NCBI GenBank assembly: GCA_005799065.1
Contig: SYHW01000037.1
Span: 18,575-82,574, forward strand
Length of the DNA stretch: 64,000 bases
Direction: 5' to 3'
Origin: Bacteroidota bacterium
GTDB lineage: Bacteria > Bacteroidota > Bacteroidia > UBA7662
The notes under the pieces were generated by a model. The model saw nothing but the letters and a program-made list of their open reading frames with translations. It was not told the DNA's origin and made no database searches. The translations under genes were made by a program, and so were the position numbers. Positions 17,011 to 26,531 of the stretch are shown here, piece after piece; position 1 is the first letter of the stretch; the number at the start of each line of letters is the position of its first letter.

Positions 17011-18885
17011 ATTAGAATCTGGATTCGTTTGAGGGGGATCAGCCATTTCTTTTCGTTGCATCAATGCGAAGCCACCGCGTCGTTCGATGAGATTGAAATA
17101 TGCGTTCACTTCATTGTCTTGGAGGCGGTCAATGCGCATCACGTAATAAAGAGCTTGCCGCTGGGTATCTCTTTGATCGTCACCCACCCGCCGCCGGTCG
17201 GGCATCCATCGGTTGTACCAATAGGGTGCGTAGCTTCGATAACCCCAGGCCACCACTGTTTGGTTTTGGTCGGCATATTCGATACACCACTGCCGCAAAG
17301 GCCCCTGTACCATCTGCTCAATCCTTGGAAACAGCAACATTTGAATCAACCAAAGCGTTGCGGGAATTCCAATGGCCATGGTATGCACGGATAAGATCCA
17401 TTTCCTTTGGGCCAACAGCACAACGGACAACAGGCAGATGCTCATCCAGAGGATGCCGGGCAAATAAGTATAGATCGGCCAACTTACCGTGCTGTTGTGG
17501 AGCATGCCCCATTCGAAGCTGTCCATTTTAAAGTAGTTGGCCACAAGGCCGGCCCTTCGACCGACAGCGGCAAGCATCAACCAAATCAAACCCATGAGCA
17601 AGCCGAGTATTGTTAGTGTCAGCAGGCGCCAATTGGTCAGCACGTTTCGAACAACACTGCCCTTGAATAACCAGCGGATCAACGCATGTTCGCTCCCCGA
17701 AGGATGTTTTGCCGGGCCCCACGCAGGGTTTTGTAACATGGAACGCTGAAAACCTACCCAGGCCAGCGCGCTCAAAGGCACCCAAGCCATGCTCGAATAA
17801 TGGATAATCTTCGTGCTTACCAGGCTAAACAACACCAAAACGACCCAAAGGGTGGTTTGCATCCAGGAAACGAGACCTATTTCTGTTGTTTCATCGTCTG
17901 AGACCAGGTTCTTTTGGGTTGTTGGGTGTGTTGAAAGAGGGCTTTGGGACTTCCTTCGCCACCGGAAGGCCTCTGGAATGGCCCAAATACTGAAGGGAAA
18001 GCAGCCTAAAAAGACCACCACCAAGTGGTAAAACCATGGCTGTTGGTGACCCGCTACCGGTTGCCGCAGCAACTCCCATTGGTACACGAAAAAGGAACGC
18101 AGGAACCAGAGGCCGTTTTTGAGGGTTTCGGGTAAAAACCAAAGCGAGGCAACCATGAGGGAGGCGCCGAGAAAATAGGGAAGAGCTCCAAAGCCGCGCC
18201 GGCGTAGATTGGGGTTTCTGAGGAGCATCCAGGCTGCCACCAGACAGGGTATGAGCAGGCCAACAGGACCTTTGGTGAGGACGGCAAGCCCCGCCCAAGC
18301 TCCTGATTTTAGTCCCGCCCCTCGGCTGCTGCCCGTTGTTTGGCTCATCGCCAATATACTGAGCAGCATAAACAGGTTAAACCAAGGATCGATAATGCCG
18401 CTGCGAAAGTACATAAAGGGCAGGGTGCCCGACATCAACATAAGCGGCCATCCCCATCCCCATTTACCTCCCCAAGCCCAACACTGGAGTGGATGGTGCG
18501 GTGTGTTCGGGGCATCAACTGGTGGAACAACAGGCGCGTGTTCGGTCATGCCCAGGCTAGGGGGTAATAGGTGCAATCGGGGGGCGTGGCGATACAAGAC
18601 CCAAAGCGTACACAGGCCAGCGATGGCATTGGGAAATCGGGCGGCCCAAGTGCTCATGCCCAGCAAATACATACTCAAGGCCTGCAACCAGATAAACAGT
18701 GGCGGCTTTTCGCGAAAGGGCTCGAAATTGACGGTGACCCGCTCCCAATCACCCGTGATCAGCATCTCGCGGGCAGATGCGGCAAAATTAACTTCATCCC
18801 AATCGAACAGGGGAACGGCGCCGAGGTGCATGAACAAAAACAGCAGCCAACAGCCGATGATTAAAAAGGATGTGCGCCGATTCAT
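17008..18885 (-). CDS. GT-C fold glycosyltransferase, ArnT (family 83)-like
   Basis: 625 aa and polytopic, with PLFDWDEVNFAASAREM...FREKPPLFIWLQA...ARFPNAIAG typical of ArnT-like undecaprenyl-phosphate-sugar transferases. Confidence 0.8.
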   Translation of the reverse strand: MNRRTSFLIIGCWLLFLFMHLGAVPLFDWDEVNFAASAREMLITGDWERVTVNFEPFREKPPLFIWLQALSMYLLGMSTWAARFPNAIAGLCTLWVLYRHAPRLHLLPPSLGMTEHAPVVPPVDAPNTPHHPLQCWAWGGKWGWGWPLMLMSGTLPFMYFRSGIIDPWFNLFMLLSILAMSQTTGSSRGAGLKSGAWAGLAVLTKGPVGLLIPCLVAAWMLLRNPNLRRRGFGALPYFLGASLMVASLWFLPETLKNGLWFLRSFFVYQWELLRQPVAGHQQPWFYHLVVVFLGCFPFSIWAIPEAFRWRRKSQSPLSTHPTTQKNLVSDDETTEIGLVSWMQTTLWVVLVLFSLVSTKIIHYSSMAWVPLSALAWVGFQRSMLQNPAWGPAKHPSGSEHALIRWLFKGSVVRNVLTNWRLLTLTILGLLMGLIWLMLAAVGRRAGLVANYFKMDSFEWGMLHNSTVSWPIYTYLPGILWMSICLLSVVLLAQRKWILSVHTMAIGIPATLWLIQMLLFPRIEQMVQGPLRQWCIEYADQNQTVVAWGYRSYAPYWYNRWMPDRRRVGDDQRDTQRQALYYVMRIDRLQDNEVNAYFNLIERRGGFALMQRKEMADPPQTNPDSN

Positions 18886-18886
18886 T

Positions 18887-19627
18887 TTATTTCAAAACCC
18901 GCATGCGCACCAGCCCCAACTGATGCAGTCGATACCCGATGGCATGGAACAGCACCCCCCATCCGTAGGTCATGCTCCGTCGAAAATTGATGGAAGAGGC
19001 CTCGGCGAAGTAGCGGGTCGGGCAACTCACTTCACCAATTTCATGACCTCGATGGGCAATTTGGAGAATGATTTGGTTGTCGAAAACAAAATCATCGGAA
19101 TTTTTGTGGTAGTCGACCCCCTTCAATACGTCGGCATGGAAAGCTCGGTAGCCCGTGTGGTATTCCGAAAGTTTGAGCCCCATCAACAGATTCTGAAATG
19201 CGGTGAGCATTCGGTTAAAAACATATTTATAGAGGGGCATTCCCCCTTTCAGGGCCCCCGTACCCAAAATTCTGGAGGCAAAAACCACCGGATAGAGGCC
19301 GGAATCGATCAAATGCACCATGGCCGGGATCAACTCCGGGGCGTATTGGTAGTCGGGGTGCAGCATCACAACGATATCAGCCCCCCGATCGAGGGCTGCG
19401 TCGAAGCAGGTCTTTTGATTTCCCCCATATCCACGGTTGCGGGGATGCTCCATCACGCAGTCGATCCCCAATCGGCGGGCCAGAGCCGCCGTTTGGTCGC
19501 TCGAAGCATCATCAGTGAGGATGACCTCGTCGACCAGCGGGCGCGGAATGCGTTGGTAGGTCTTTTCGAGTGTTCGTTCTGCGTTGTAGGCCGGCATGAT
19601 GACCACCACTTTTTTGTTTCCTACCAT
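18887..19627 (-). CDS. Family 2 glycosyltransferase (polyprenyl-phosphate sugar synthase, ArnC/DPM1-like)
   Basis: VVVIMPAYNAERTLEKT...LTDDASSDQT, and the stop lies 1 nt before the ArnT-like start. ATG 19627 is preferred over the TTG at 19660 used by the ORF track. Confidence 0.8.
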   Translation of the reverse strand: MVGNKKVVVIMPAYNAERTLEKTYQRIPRPLVDEVILTDDASSDQTAALARRLGIDCVMEHPRNRGYGGNQKTCFDAALDRGADIVVMLHPDYQYAPELIPAMVHLIDSGLYPVVFASRILGTGALKGGMPLYKYVFNRMLTAFQNLLMGLKLSEYHTGYRAFHADVLKGVDYHKNSDDFVFDNQIILQIAHRGHEIGEVSCPTRYFAEASSINFRRSMTYGWGVLFHAIGYRLHQLGLVRMRVLK

Positions 19628-19845
19628 CAGTTTTGATCGTTTGAGGTGCGAAAATACCAATTTTAACCGGTTTTCATTTTTACATGTGACGGCCCTGTCT
19701 TATTTTGCGTCCAAATTAGAGCATATGACTGGTTGGATCATTTTCGCTGTGGTAGCCCTTGGAGGCTTCGTTTATTTCTTGTTGAAATACACCAAAGAGC
19801 CGCATTAGAATTCATCAAATTATCGCATACCATGTTCGGGATTCT

Positions 19846-21798
19846 TCATCTGTAAAAATCCCAGCTGATCCCAAAACGCAGTGCCCTGTCGTAGATGGGG
19901 TATAGGGGGATTTGGAAGCCACCGGGGGCGGTCCAGCCCCGGCTCAAATGGTCCATTCGAAGATAGAGGCGTGCTTGGTTCACCTTGAGGGCAATAAATC
20001 CGTCCACCAACGGATAGCCACCCGCCACCAAGGTGTCTTGTACGACAAATTGGCCGACCTCTGCACGGTAGCCCAAGCCCTTATAGCGGCTTTGCATCCG
20101 CAGTTCGAGCCCGGTCGATAGGGTAAATCCACTGCGAAACCGCTTTTCGAGGCTGATCACATCATGTGCCATCCACTGCGGCAGTCTGAGTGGGCCCGAT
20201 TGCCCGAATTGCCAGCCATGGTGCATGTCGTAGCGAAAAATTCCCTTGCGCAGCGACCATTCATACGCGATTTGGGACAGGCTTAGATCGCCTGCATACT
20301 GTTGCGGTAGTCCGATGCTATCGAAATATACCCAGCCCGTCAACCATTTTTGCCCCATTTGCAGCTTGAATCGCCCCCGAGCCAGCGCCAGTTGAAGGCT
20401 TTGCTCACCTATTGCGTCGAGCGATTGACGGGCTTGGGTGTAGTTGCCTGTATAGCGCTCTGCCACCCAGTCGGCTGCCCTAAACTGATGGGAAGCGTTT
20501 AAGTCGAGTGTCCAGCCGCCCATCTGCCGCGCAAAGCGCAACAACATCCACCGTCCTTTCGCCTGTTGACTGTTGTGCAGCACCTCACGCACATCCCAGT
20601 CTATTCTACTGCGGCTTGAGGCGGGCCAATGCCCGGCAAAACCCAACCAAAAAACAGATTGGGGAATCGCTTGCATTCTGTCGCTCAAAATGTGAGCGTT
20701 TAGGTAATGGGTGGATAAAGCCCAGGTGCTGCCTGACCTTCGGCCGGGCAGTTTTCGCAGTCCGATCCCATGCTCTTGCCACCGGATGCCACTGCTGTCG
20801 AAGGTGGCCGAATCGCTGTATCGGAATGGAGGAAAGTAGGACTGAAGGGGGTTGTTGTCGGTATATTGAAAAGTTTCTTTTGCCCAAGTCAGTTCGTGAA
20901 ACAGGGTCCATGTCGAATCGACTTGACGGCTTGCTGAGTCGGTTGATGGCTTTTGGGACACTGTAGGAGTGCTCGCGTTGGGTAGTTGGTGGCCAAGTCG
21001 CCACTCCTGCCGCAGCTTGAGTCGACGGTCCGACCATAAACTCTGCGCCCCATTCAGTTGCACCCGCACATTCAGGGGGGCCACAGTTTGGGTCGTTTCA
21101 AACACGCGTCCATCCACGATTCCTCCACACTCATCGGCTGTTTTTTGTCGGCCCAGGTGTTCAATATGCAAGGCGTATCGTTGGCTACGGTCCTGCAACC
21201 GACCAAACAGGCGGGTGTAACGACTTCGGTGCTCTTGGTTGAGGTAAAATCCATCACTACTCAGCTGGCGAAATTCGACCCCAACCGAGGTCGTCGGCCC
21301 CAAATCCTGTGCATGAAGTAGACCAAAGCGCTGCAGTGCGGCTCCAGAACCTGCGGCGTAATCGATGCGGGTAAAAGGATCCCCCCGATGGTAGAAAAGA
21401 CCGCCGCCTTCTTCCTGCCAAGTGGCATGTGTTTCCGCAAATCCGAGGTTGAGTACCTGAAATGGCGCTAATCCGCCCCACAAGCTCCGCGACGCGCTTC
21501 CTGCCACCCCTAAATGCGCCCTGAAATTGGGTTGCATGATCGGGTCGTAGCGCCATACACCAAACAGGAGCGTATCGGCTTGTGCATAATGAATGGTGTC
21601 GTAATGAAAATCGGCCAATCGATAGGCCTTAGGTAGCTGGGGTATGCCCTTGCGTTTTGCCGTTCCGGTGGTATCCGCGGGAGTATATTCATCAAAAACA
21701 ACGGAAAAAATGCCGGAATGGGCCAACAAAGGATACGAATGTAAGGTGATCAGCAATCCCGCCAAAACACAAGCCAATCTGTACAGAATGGCCATCAT
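19846..21798 (-). CDS. Putative outer-membrane beta-barrel protein (Bacteroidota putative-porin-like)
   Basis: 650 aa with a signal peptide (LAGLLITLHSYPLLAHS), alternating beta-strand-like composition and an aromatic-rich C-terminus (ISWDFYR). The start overlaps the PNP stop by 4 nt. Confidence 0.45.
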   Translation of the reverse strand: MMAILYRLACVLAGLLITLHSYPLLAHSGIFSVVFDEYTPADTTGTAKRKGIPQLPKAYRLADFHYDTIHYAQADTLLFGVWRYDPIMQPNFRAHLGVAGSASRSLWGGLAPFQVLNLGFAETHATWQEEGGGLFYHRGDPFTRIDYAAGSGAALQRFGLLHAQDLGPTTSVGVEFRQLSSDGFYLNQEHRSRYTRLFGRLQDRSQRYALHIEHLGRQKTADECGGIVDGRVFETTQTVAPLNVRVQLNGAQSLWSDRRLKLRQEWRLGHQLPNASTPTVSQKPSTDSASRQVDSTWTLFHELTWAKETFQYTDNNPLQSYFPPFRYSDSATFDSSGIRWQEHGIGLRKLPGRRSGSTWALSTHYLNAHILSDRMQAIPQSVFWLGFAGHWPASSRSRIDWDVREVLHNSQQAKGRWMLLRFARQMGGWTLDLNASHQFRAADWVAERYTGNYTQARQSLDAIGEQSLQLALARGRFKLQMGQKWLTGWVYFDSIGLPQQYAGDLSLSQIAYEWSLRKGIFRYDMHHGWQFGQSGPLRLPQWMAHDVISLEKRFRSGFTLSTGLELRMQSRYKGLGYRAEVGQFVVQDTLVAGGYPLVDGFIALKVNQARLYLRMDHLSRGWTAPGGFQIPLYPIYDRALRFGISWDFYR

Positions 21799-22610
21799 CC
21801 CAAGCCCTCCACTACATCCAGCATGATGCGGGTGAGGCGGGGTTCGGCCTTCGTTGCCGCCGAAACCACACTTTGAAGAGTCACGGGGCGGGGTGTTTCG
21901 GGGAAAGCTTCGTCGGTCACAACTGAAATGGCCATGCAGCGCATACCCATCTGTCGGGCCACGATGACTTCCGGAACCGTACTCATGCCCACCGCATCGC
22001 CACCGATCAGGCGTAAGTAGCGGTACTCTGCGGGTGTTTCAAGGGCTGGGCCTTGAACGGAAACGTAAACGCCCTCATGCAGGTCGATGGAATGCTTGGA
22101 GGCAGCGGCGTGTGTCAGGCGGATGAGCTCCGAGTCATAGGCCTGGCCCATGTCCGGAAATCGAGACCCCCAGGCTGGATAATGGGTCCCCCTTAGCGGG
22201 TGTTCCGGCAATAAATTGATGTGGTCGGTAATGAGCATCAGGTCGGTCTCTTTAAAACTGGGGTTTAGACCACCGGAGGCATTCGACAACAACAAAAACT
22301 CGGCGCCCATGGCTTTCATGACCCGAACGGGCAGGGTGATCTGCTGCATGCTGTAACCTTCATAGTAATGAAACCGACCTTGCATAACCACCACGGACTG
22401 CCCCCTGAGTCTGCCCAGAATGAGTCGACCGCGGTGACTTTCTGTGGTACTCACCGGAAAATGGGGCAGCTGTGTATAGGCGAGGCTGAGTTCCACCTCA
22501 ACTTCTTCGGCTAACTTACCCAGTCCGGTTCCCAAAATGATGCCTACTCTCGGTTCGATCGGGGTTTTACGGCGGATGTACTCAAGTGTTTCGCTGATGC
22601 TGGCGTACAT
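21795..22610 (-). CDS. Purine nucleoside phosphorylase (trimeric PNP family)
   Basis: GIILGTGLG, HRGRLILGRLRGQSVVVMQGRFHYYEGY, and MSTVPEV near the C-terminus. Confidence 0.9.
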   Translation of the reverse strand: MYASISETLEYIRRKTPIEPRVGIILGTGLGKLAEEVEVELSLAYTQLPHFPVSTTESHRGRLILGRLRGQSVVVMQGRFHYYEGYSMQQITLPVRVMKAMGAEFLLLSNASGGLNPSFKETDLMLITDHINLLPEHPLRGTHYPAWGSRFPDMGQAYDSELIRLTHAAASKHSIDLHEGVYVSVQGPALETPAEYRYLRLIGGDAVGMSTVPEVIVARQMGMRCMAISVVTDEAFPETPRPVTLQSVVSAATKAEPRLTRIMLDVVEGLG

Positions 22611-23646
22611 AGGATTCGATTCTTTTGATAAATAGTGTCCGATCTTGCTCGTCGAATCCGATCTCTACGGGCAGGTATGCGAGTGGGATTTGCAGTTGTT
22701 CGAACCAAGCACCGTGCATGGCCAATTTCACAAAATCTTTCTCGGTGCATAATATATACCGATTGCCCTGGCTCGGTGGAAATGATCGCCAGGCTGCTTC
22801 GATTTGGTTGAGTTCGGCCTGTTGGTATTCGTGGTGATCTGGATATTCCAGGTGTTTGTAGGTAGGGCCAACCGTTTTAATATAGGTGATGAGCGAGTCG
22901 GCATGGGCAATGCCGGTCACCACCACGATCTGGTCGGAGGCTGTTAGGGGCCATTCAGGGAATGGTTCTATAAAGACGGGTTCACCGTATTGAAGGGTGG
23001 TAAACAGGATCGTTTGGTGTGCTCCAGGCTTTACCTTAGTCTCATAGAGCTTTTTGTCATATAAACTCAACTGGCCTGGTGTTTTGGTGAAAACAATCAG
23101 GTCGGCCTTGTGCGCCGCTGCCGCTGATTCACGAAGATTGCCTGCTGGGAGGAGGTAATCGCGAAAAAATGGCCGATTGAAATCACTCAATAGGAGATTA
23201 AGTCCACCCTCCACTTTTCGGTGTTGCAAGCCATCGTCGAGGATCACCGCACTCAGGTAGGGTTGAATTTTAAGCAGTCGACGGATGCCTTCTGCTCGGT
23301 CTTCACACACAGCTACCAGAACGCCGGGCAACTTTCGATACAACATAAAGGCTTCGTCGCCAATGGTGTCGGGTGTATCGGCCTGGTCGGCTAAACGAAA
23401 TCCTTGGGTCTTGCGGCGATATCCCCGCGATAGAATAGCGACTGTTGGAAACAATTCCATCAACATGGCCGCCACCAATTCGGTGTGGGGGGTTTTGCCC
23501 GTGCCACCCGTGGTCAGATTCCCAACTTTCACTACGGCGATCTGGAATTTCTCGCTGCTGAGAATATTCCAGTCGTAGAGTCGGTTTCGAATCCACACAC
23601 CGAGTCCATATACATAGCTCAGAGGCAACAACCAGATTCTGTTCAC
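22582..23646 (-). CDS. lpxK: Tetraacyldisaccharide 4'-kinase
   Basis: P-loop VGNLTTGGTGKTP, ILSRGY and ILDDGLQH motifs in a 354-aa protein. Confidence 0.9.
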   Translation of the reverse strand: MNRIWLLPLSYVYGLGVWIRNRLYDWNILSSEKFQIAVVKVGNLTTGGTGKTPHTELVAAMLMELFPTVAILSRGYRRKTQGFRLADQADTPDTIGDEAFMLYRKLPGVLVAVCEDRAEGIRRLLKIQPYLSAVILDDGLQHRKVEGGLNLLLSDFNRPFFRDYLLPAGNLRESAAAAHKADLIVFTKTPGQLSLYDKKLYETKVKPGAHQTILFTTLQYGEPVFIEPFPEWPLTASDQIVVVTGIAHADSLITYIKTVGPTYKHLEYPDHHEYQQAELNQIEAAWRSFPPSQGNRYILCTEKDFVKLAMHGAWFEQLQIPLAYLPVEIGFDEQDRTLFIKRIESYVRQHQRNT

Positions 23647-23662
23647 GGCTTACTTTAACACA

Positions 23663-23670
23663 CAAACTTA
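23663..23670 (-). promoter_or_regulatory. Candidate -7 box TAAGTTTG upstream of lpxK
   Basis: Exact TAnnTTTG match on the minus strand, 16 nt before ATG 23646. Confidence 0.35.
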
Positions 23671-23723
23671 CAAAGTTTTTCCTTCAATTGTTTTTCTATG
23701 GGTTTGGGGGTTCCCTTTATGGG

Positions 23724-23731
23724 TATTTTTG
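23724..23731 (+). promoter_or_regulatory. Candidate -7 box TATTTTTG, with TTTG at 23703, upstream of the Nif3-family gene
   Basis: Exact TAnnTTTG match with a TTTG about 17 nt upstream. It lies 36 nt before ATG 23768. Confidence 0.4.
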
Positions 23732-23767
23732 CCGAAATCTACTTTTTCAAGCATTTAATTTTAGTTT

Positions 23768-24862
23768 ATGATCAGTATTTCAGCGGTTGTGCAGGCTCTC
23801 GAGCGGCGTGTTCCCCCAGCCCTTCAGGAGTCCTATGATAACTCAGGTCTGCTGGTAGGCCGGCCCGATGCCCAGATTTCGGCTGTTTTGTGCACGCTCG
23901 ACCTCACTGAGGCTGTTTTAGAAGAAGCGTCGGCTCGAGGCTGTGGTTTGGTGGTTGCCCATCACCCCATCATTTTCAAGAAGTTGGGCAGGCTCACGGG
24001 TGCCGGTCAGGTGGAGCGCTGCGTAGTGCGTGCCATCGAGTTAGGCATGGGCATCTATGCACTGCACACCAATCTTGATCACATCAAACAGGGGGTGAGT
24101 CGGCATATGGCGCTTAAAATGGGACTGGAAAAAGGCCGGGTACTGCGCCCGATGTCGGGTGTATTGCGGCAACTCACGACTTTTGTTCCTGTAGGGCATG
24201 CTGAGGCCGTTCGAGAGGCCCTATTCGACGCCGGTGCGGGTTGGGTTGGAAACTATTCACACGCCAGTTTTAATTTAAAGGGTGAGGGCACATTCAGGCC
24301 TGAGGAAGGAGCAATACCTGCGTTGGGTGAAATGGGCAAGCTGGAGCGGGTCGACGAGATGCGCATTGAGTTGATTTACCCCTATTGGATCGAATCGGTC
24401 GTGCTCAAAGCCCTCTTTGAGGCCCACCCCTATGAGGAGGTCGCTTACAATGTGTTGAAGCTCGAAAACAAGGTTTCGGAATATGGCGCAGGTTGGCTGG
24501 CTGAATTGCCCGAACCAAAGGATGAAGCGGAAGTTTTACACCAAATTAAAACGGTCTTTGGCGGGATGATTCGACACACTCAACTTTTGGGACGACCGGT
24601 GCAACGCATTGCTTTTTGTGGAGGTTCGGGTTCCTTTTTGTTGTCTGATGCTGTTTCGGCTGGGGCTGATCTATTTTTAACGGCCGATTTCAAATACCAT
24701 GAGTTTTTTGAAGCCGATCAGCGCATCGTGATTGCCGACTTGGGACACTACGAAACCGAGCAGTTCGTGCCCCAACTTATTGCTGATATTTTATCGCAGG
24801 AATTCACTAACTTTGCGGTCCTCATTTCGGAGACCCCAACCAACCCGGTCTCCTATTTGTAG
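23768..24862 (+). CDS. Nif3-like dinuclear metal-centre protein (YbgI/GTP cyclohydrolase 1 type 2 homologue)
   Basis: SYDNSGLLVG and VVAHHPIIF at the N-terminus and GGSGSFLL...ADLGHYETE at the C-terminus, with the inserted middle domain typical of long Nif3 proteins. Confidence 0.85.
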   Translation: MISISAVVQALERRVPPALQESYDNSGLLVGRPDAQISAVLCTLDLTEAVLEEASARGCGLVVAHHPIIFKKLGRLTGAGQVERCVVRAIELGMGIYALHTNLDHIKQGVSRHMALKMGLEKGRVLRPMSGVLRQLTTFVPVGHAEAVREALFDAGAGWVGNYSHASFNLKGEGTFRPEEGAIPALGEMGKLERVDEMRIELIYPYWIESVVLKALFEAHPYEEVAYNVLKLENKVSEYGAGWLAELPEPKDEAEVLHQIKTVFGGMIRHTQLLGRPVQRIAFCGGSGSFLLSDAVSAGADLFLTADFKYHEFFEADQRIVIADLGHYETEQFVPQLIADILSQEFTNFAVLISETPTNPVSYL

Positions 24863-24863
24863 G

Positions 24864-24941
24864 AACCGATTCCAGAAACCGATTTTACTAACCGATTTGA
24901 CCCCCCAATTGTAGCAACCGATTTCAGTAACCGAAACTGTC
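24864..24941. repeat. 13-bp x6 tandem array with core AACCGATT
   Basis: The core starts at 24864, 24877, 24890, 24916 and 24929 (the unit at 24903 is degenerate). It fills the gap between the Nif3 stop and the next start codon. Confidence 0.85.
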
Positions 24942-24951
24942 AAATAACGAC

Positions 24952-25689
24952 ATGGAACAAAGCATCGAACAAAAACTCCGCGCACTATATCACCTTCAGC
25001 AAATTGACTCCCAGATCGACCATCTGCGTGTCCTGCGTGGCGAGTTACCCCAAGAGGTAAAGAATTTGGAGGACGAAATTGCGGGTATGGAAACCCGGAT
25101 GGAAAAGTTCAATGAGACTTTGAGTGGACTGAAACGATTAATTTCAGATTGGCAAGCCAAATTGAATGACGCCAATACACTGAAAACACGCTATGAGCAG
25201 CAAATCATGGGGGTTAAAAACAGCCGTGAGTATGATGCGATCAGCAAGGAGATCGAATTGCAGGGTTTGGATATTGAAATTGCGAACAAGCGTATCGCCG
25301 AGCAGAATGCGGCGGTAGAGATGACAAGTCAACAGATGCAGGGTGTGAGTGACTTGCTTACGGAGCGCTACAAAGACCTCGAGATCAAGAAAACAGAATT
25401 AGGTGGTATTGTCGCTGATACAGAGAAGGAAGAAAAGGAGCTGATGGAGCAATCCAAGGAGGCCATGAAACATGTGGAGGAACGCCTCCTTACAGCATAT
25501 TCCCGAGTCCGAGGAAATGCCCGCAACGGCCTGGCGGTTGTGGCGATTGAGCGCGATGCGTGTGGGGGTTGCTTTAATCATATTCCGCCACAGCGACAAA
25601 TGGACATTCGTCTGCGCAAGAAAATCACTGTTTGCGAGCATTGCGGTCGTATTCTGGTTGATCCAGAGATCAATTTGGTTGAGGCCTAA
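24952..25689 (+). CDS. Coiled-coil protein with C-terminal C4 zinc ribbon (COG1579-type partner of Nif3)
   Basis: Long heptad-rich region followed by CGGC...CEHCGR, in the conserved position after Nif3. Confidence 0.75.
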   Translation: MEQSIEQKLRALYHLQQIDSQIDHLRVLRGELPQEVKNLEDEIAGMETRMEKFNETLSGLKRLISDWQAKLNDANTLKTRYEQQIMGVKNSREYDAISKEIELQGLDIEIANKRIAEQNAAVEMTSQQMQGVSDLLTERYKDLEIKKTELGGIVADTEKEEKELMEQSKEAMKHVEERLLTAYSRVRGNARNGLAVVAIERDACGGCFNHIPPQRQMDIRLRKKITVCEHCGRILVDPEINLVEA

Positions 25690-25705
25690 ACCTCAGCTAT
25701 TGGTT

Positions 25706-26506
25706 TTAACGAAGGGGAGCCAGTCGGCTCATCAGTTGCGGATGCAGCGGCTGGTTTGCGGCCACTACTTGCTTGCCGAAAATAGCCTTTGCTTCCCCCG
25801 AAAAATCCGTAGCCACTCCACCAGCTTCTGTCACGAGCAACACCCCAGCGGCTACATCCCAGGGGCTTAGGTTGTATTCATAATAGCCGTCAAATCGTCC
25901 GCAAGCCACATAGGCCAGGTCGAGGGCCGCACTGCCGAGTCTCCGAACACCACGGCTTTCGGTCATCATTCGTCTGAGAACGGGCAAGTAATCATCGACC
26001 CGGTCGTATTTTTCGTAGGGAAATCCAGTGGCCAATAGGGCTTGATCCAGATGGCTTGTTGCGGATACCCTGATTTTTTCCTCGTTGAGCCAGCTTCCTT
26101 GTTGGGCTACAGCCGAAAACCGTTCGTCACGAATCGGTTCCCAAACCAATCCCAACAGCGGAGTCCCTTCAAACAATAGGGCAATACTGATGGAGAAGAA
26201 GGGCAGCCCGTGGGTAAAGTTGGTGGTGCCGTCGAGGGGATCTACCACCCACATCAGCGGGCGTTGGTGCTGTTCTACCGTTCCCTCTTCGGTGAGAAAG
26301 CCGGCTTCGGGAAGGAGGGTCGACAATCCAGCCACAAGTATTTCCTCTGACGTCCGGTCTACATAACTTACCAAATCATGCGCGCCTTTGTATTCGATAG
26401 CGCTTCGGTTGAAGGTCGCCCATTCGCGGCGTTGAAAATCGGCCACGGGTCGGGCCACTTCGAGTACCTGTTCGCGTAGGTTTGGGTGATGATATAATAC
26501 GTCCAT
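25706..26506 (-). CDS. Inositol monophosphatase family protein
   Basis: LTEEG, WVVDPLDGTTNF and WDVAAG motifs. Start set at ATG 26506 (MDVLYHH...), because the longer tracked ORF runs into the lnt coding region. Confidence 0.85.
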   Translation of the reverse strand: MDVLYHHPNLREQVLEVARPVADFQRREWATFNRSAIEYKGAHDLVSYVDRTSEEILVAGLSTLLPEAGFLTEEGTVEQHQRPLMWVVDPLDGTTNFTHGLPFFSISIALLFEGTPLLGLVWEPIRDERFSAVAQQGSWLNEEKIRVSATSHLDQALLATGFPYEKYDRVDDYLPVLRRMMTESRGVRRLGSAALDLAYVACGRFDGYYEYNLSPWDVAAGVLLVTEAGGVATDFSGEAKAIFGKQVVAANQPLHPQLMSRLAPLR

Positions 26507-26531
26507 GATGTTATTGGATTCATTGGGTTTA

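Noticed and set aside
18209-19636. 475-aa plus-strand ORF
   Set aside because: It runs antisense across two well-supported minus-strand genes (ArnT-like and GT2). The translation is low-complexity and R/G/P-rich with no recognisable motif, which is typical of an antisense open frame in GC-rich coding sequence.
19725-19808. 27-codon plus-strand ORF MTGWIIFAVVALGGFVYFLLKYTKEPH between the GT2 and porin genes
   Set aside because: It is plausibly a single-span peptide, but it has no exact promoter box, no genomic partner and no conservation information. Support is insufficient to call it.
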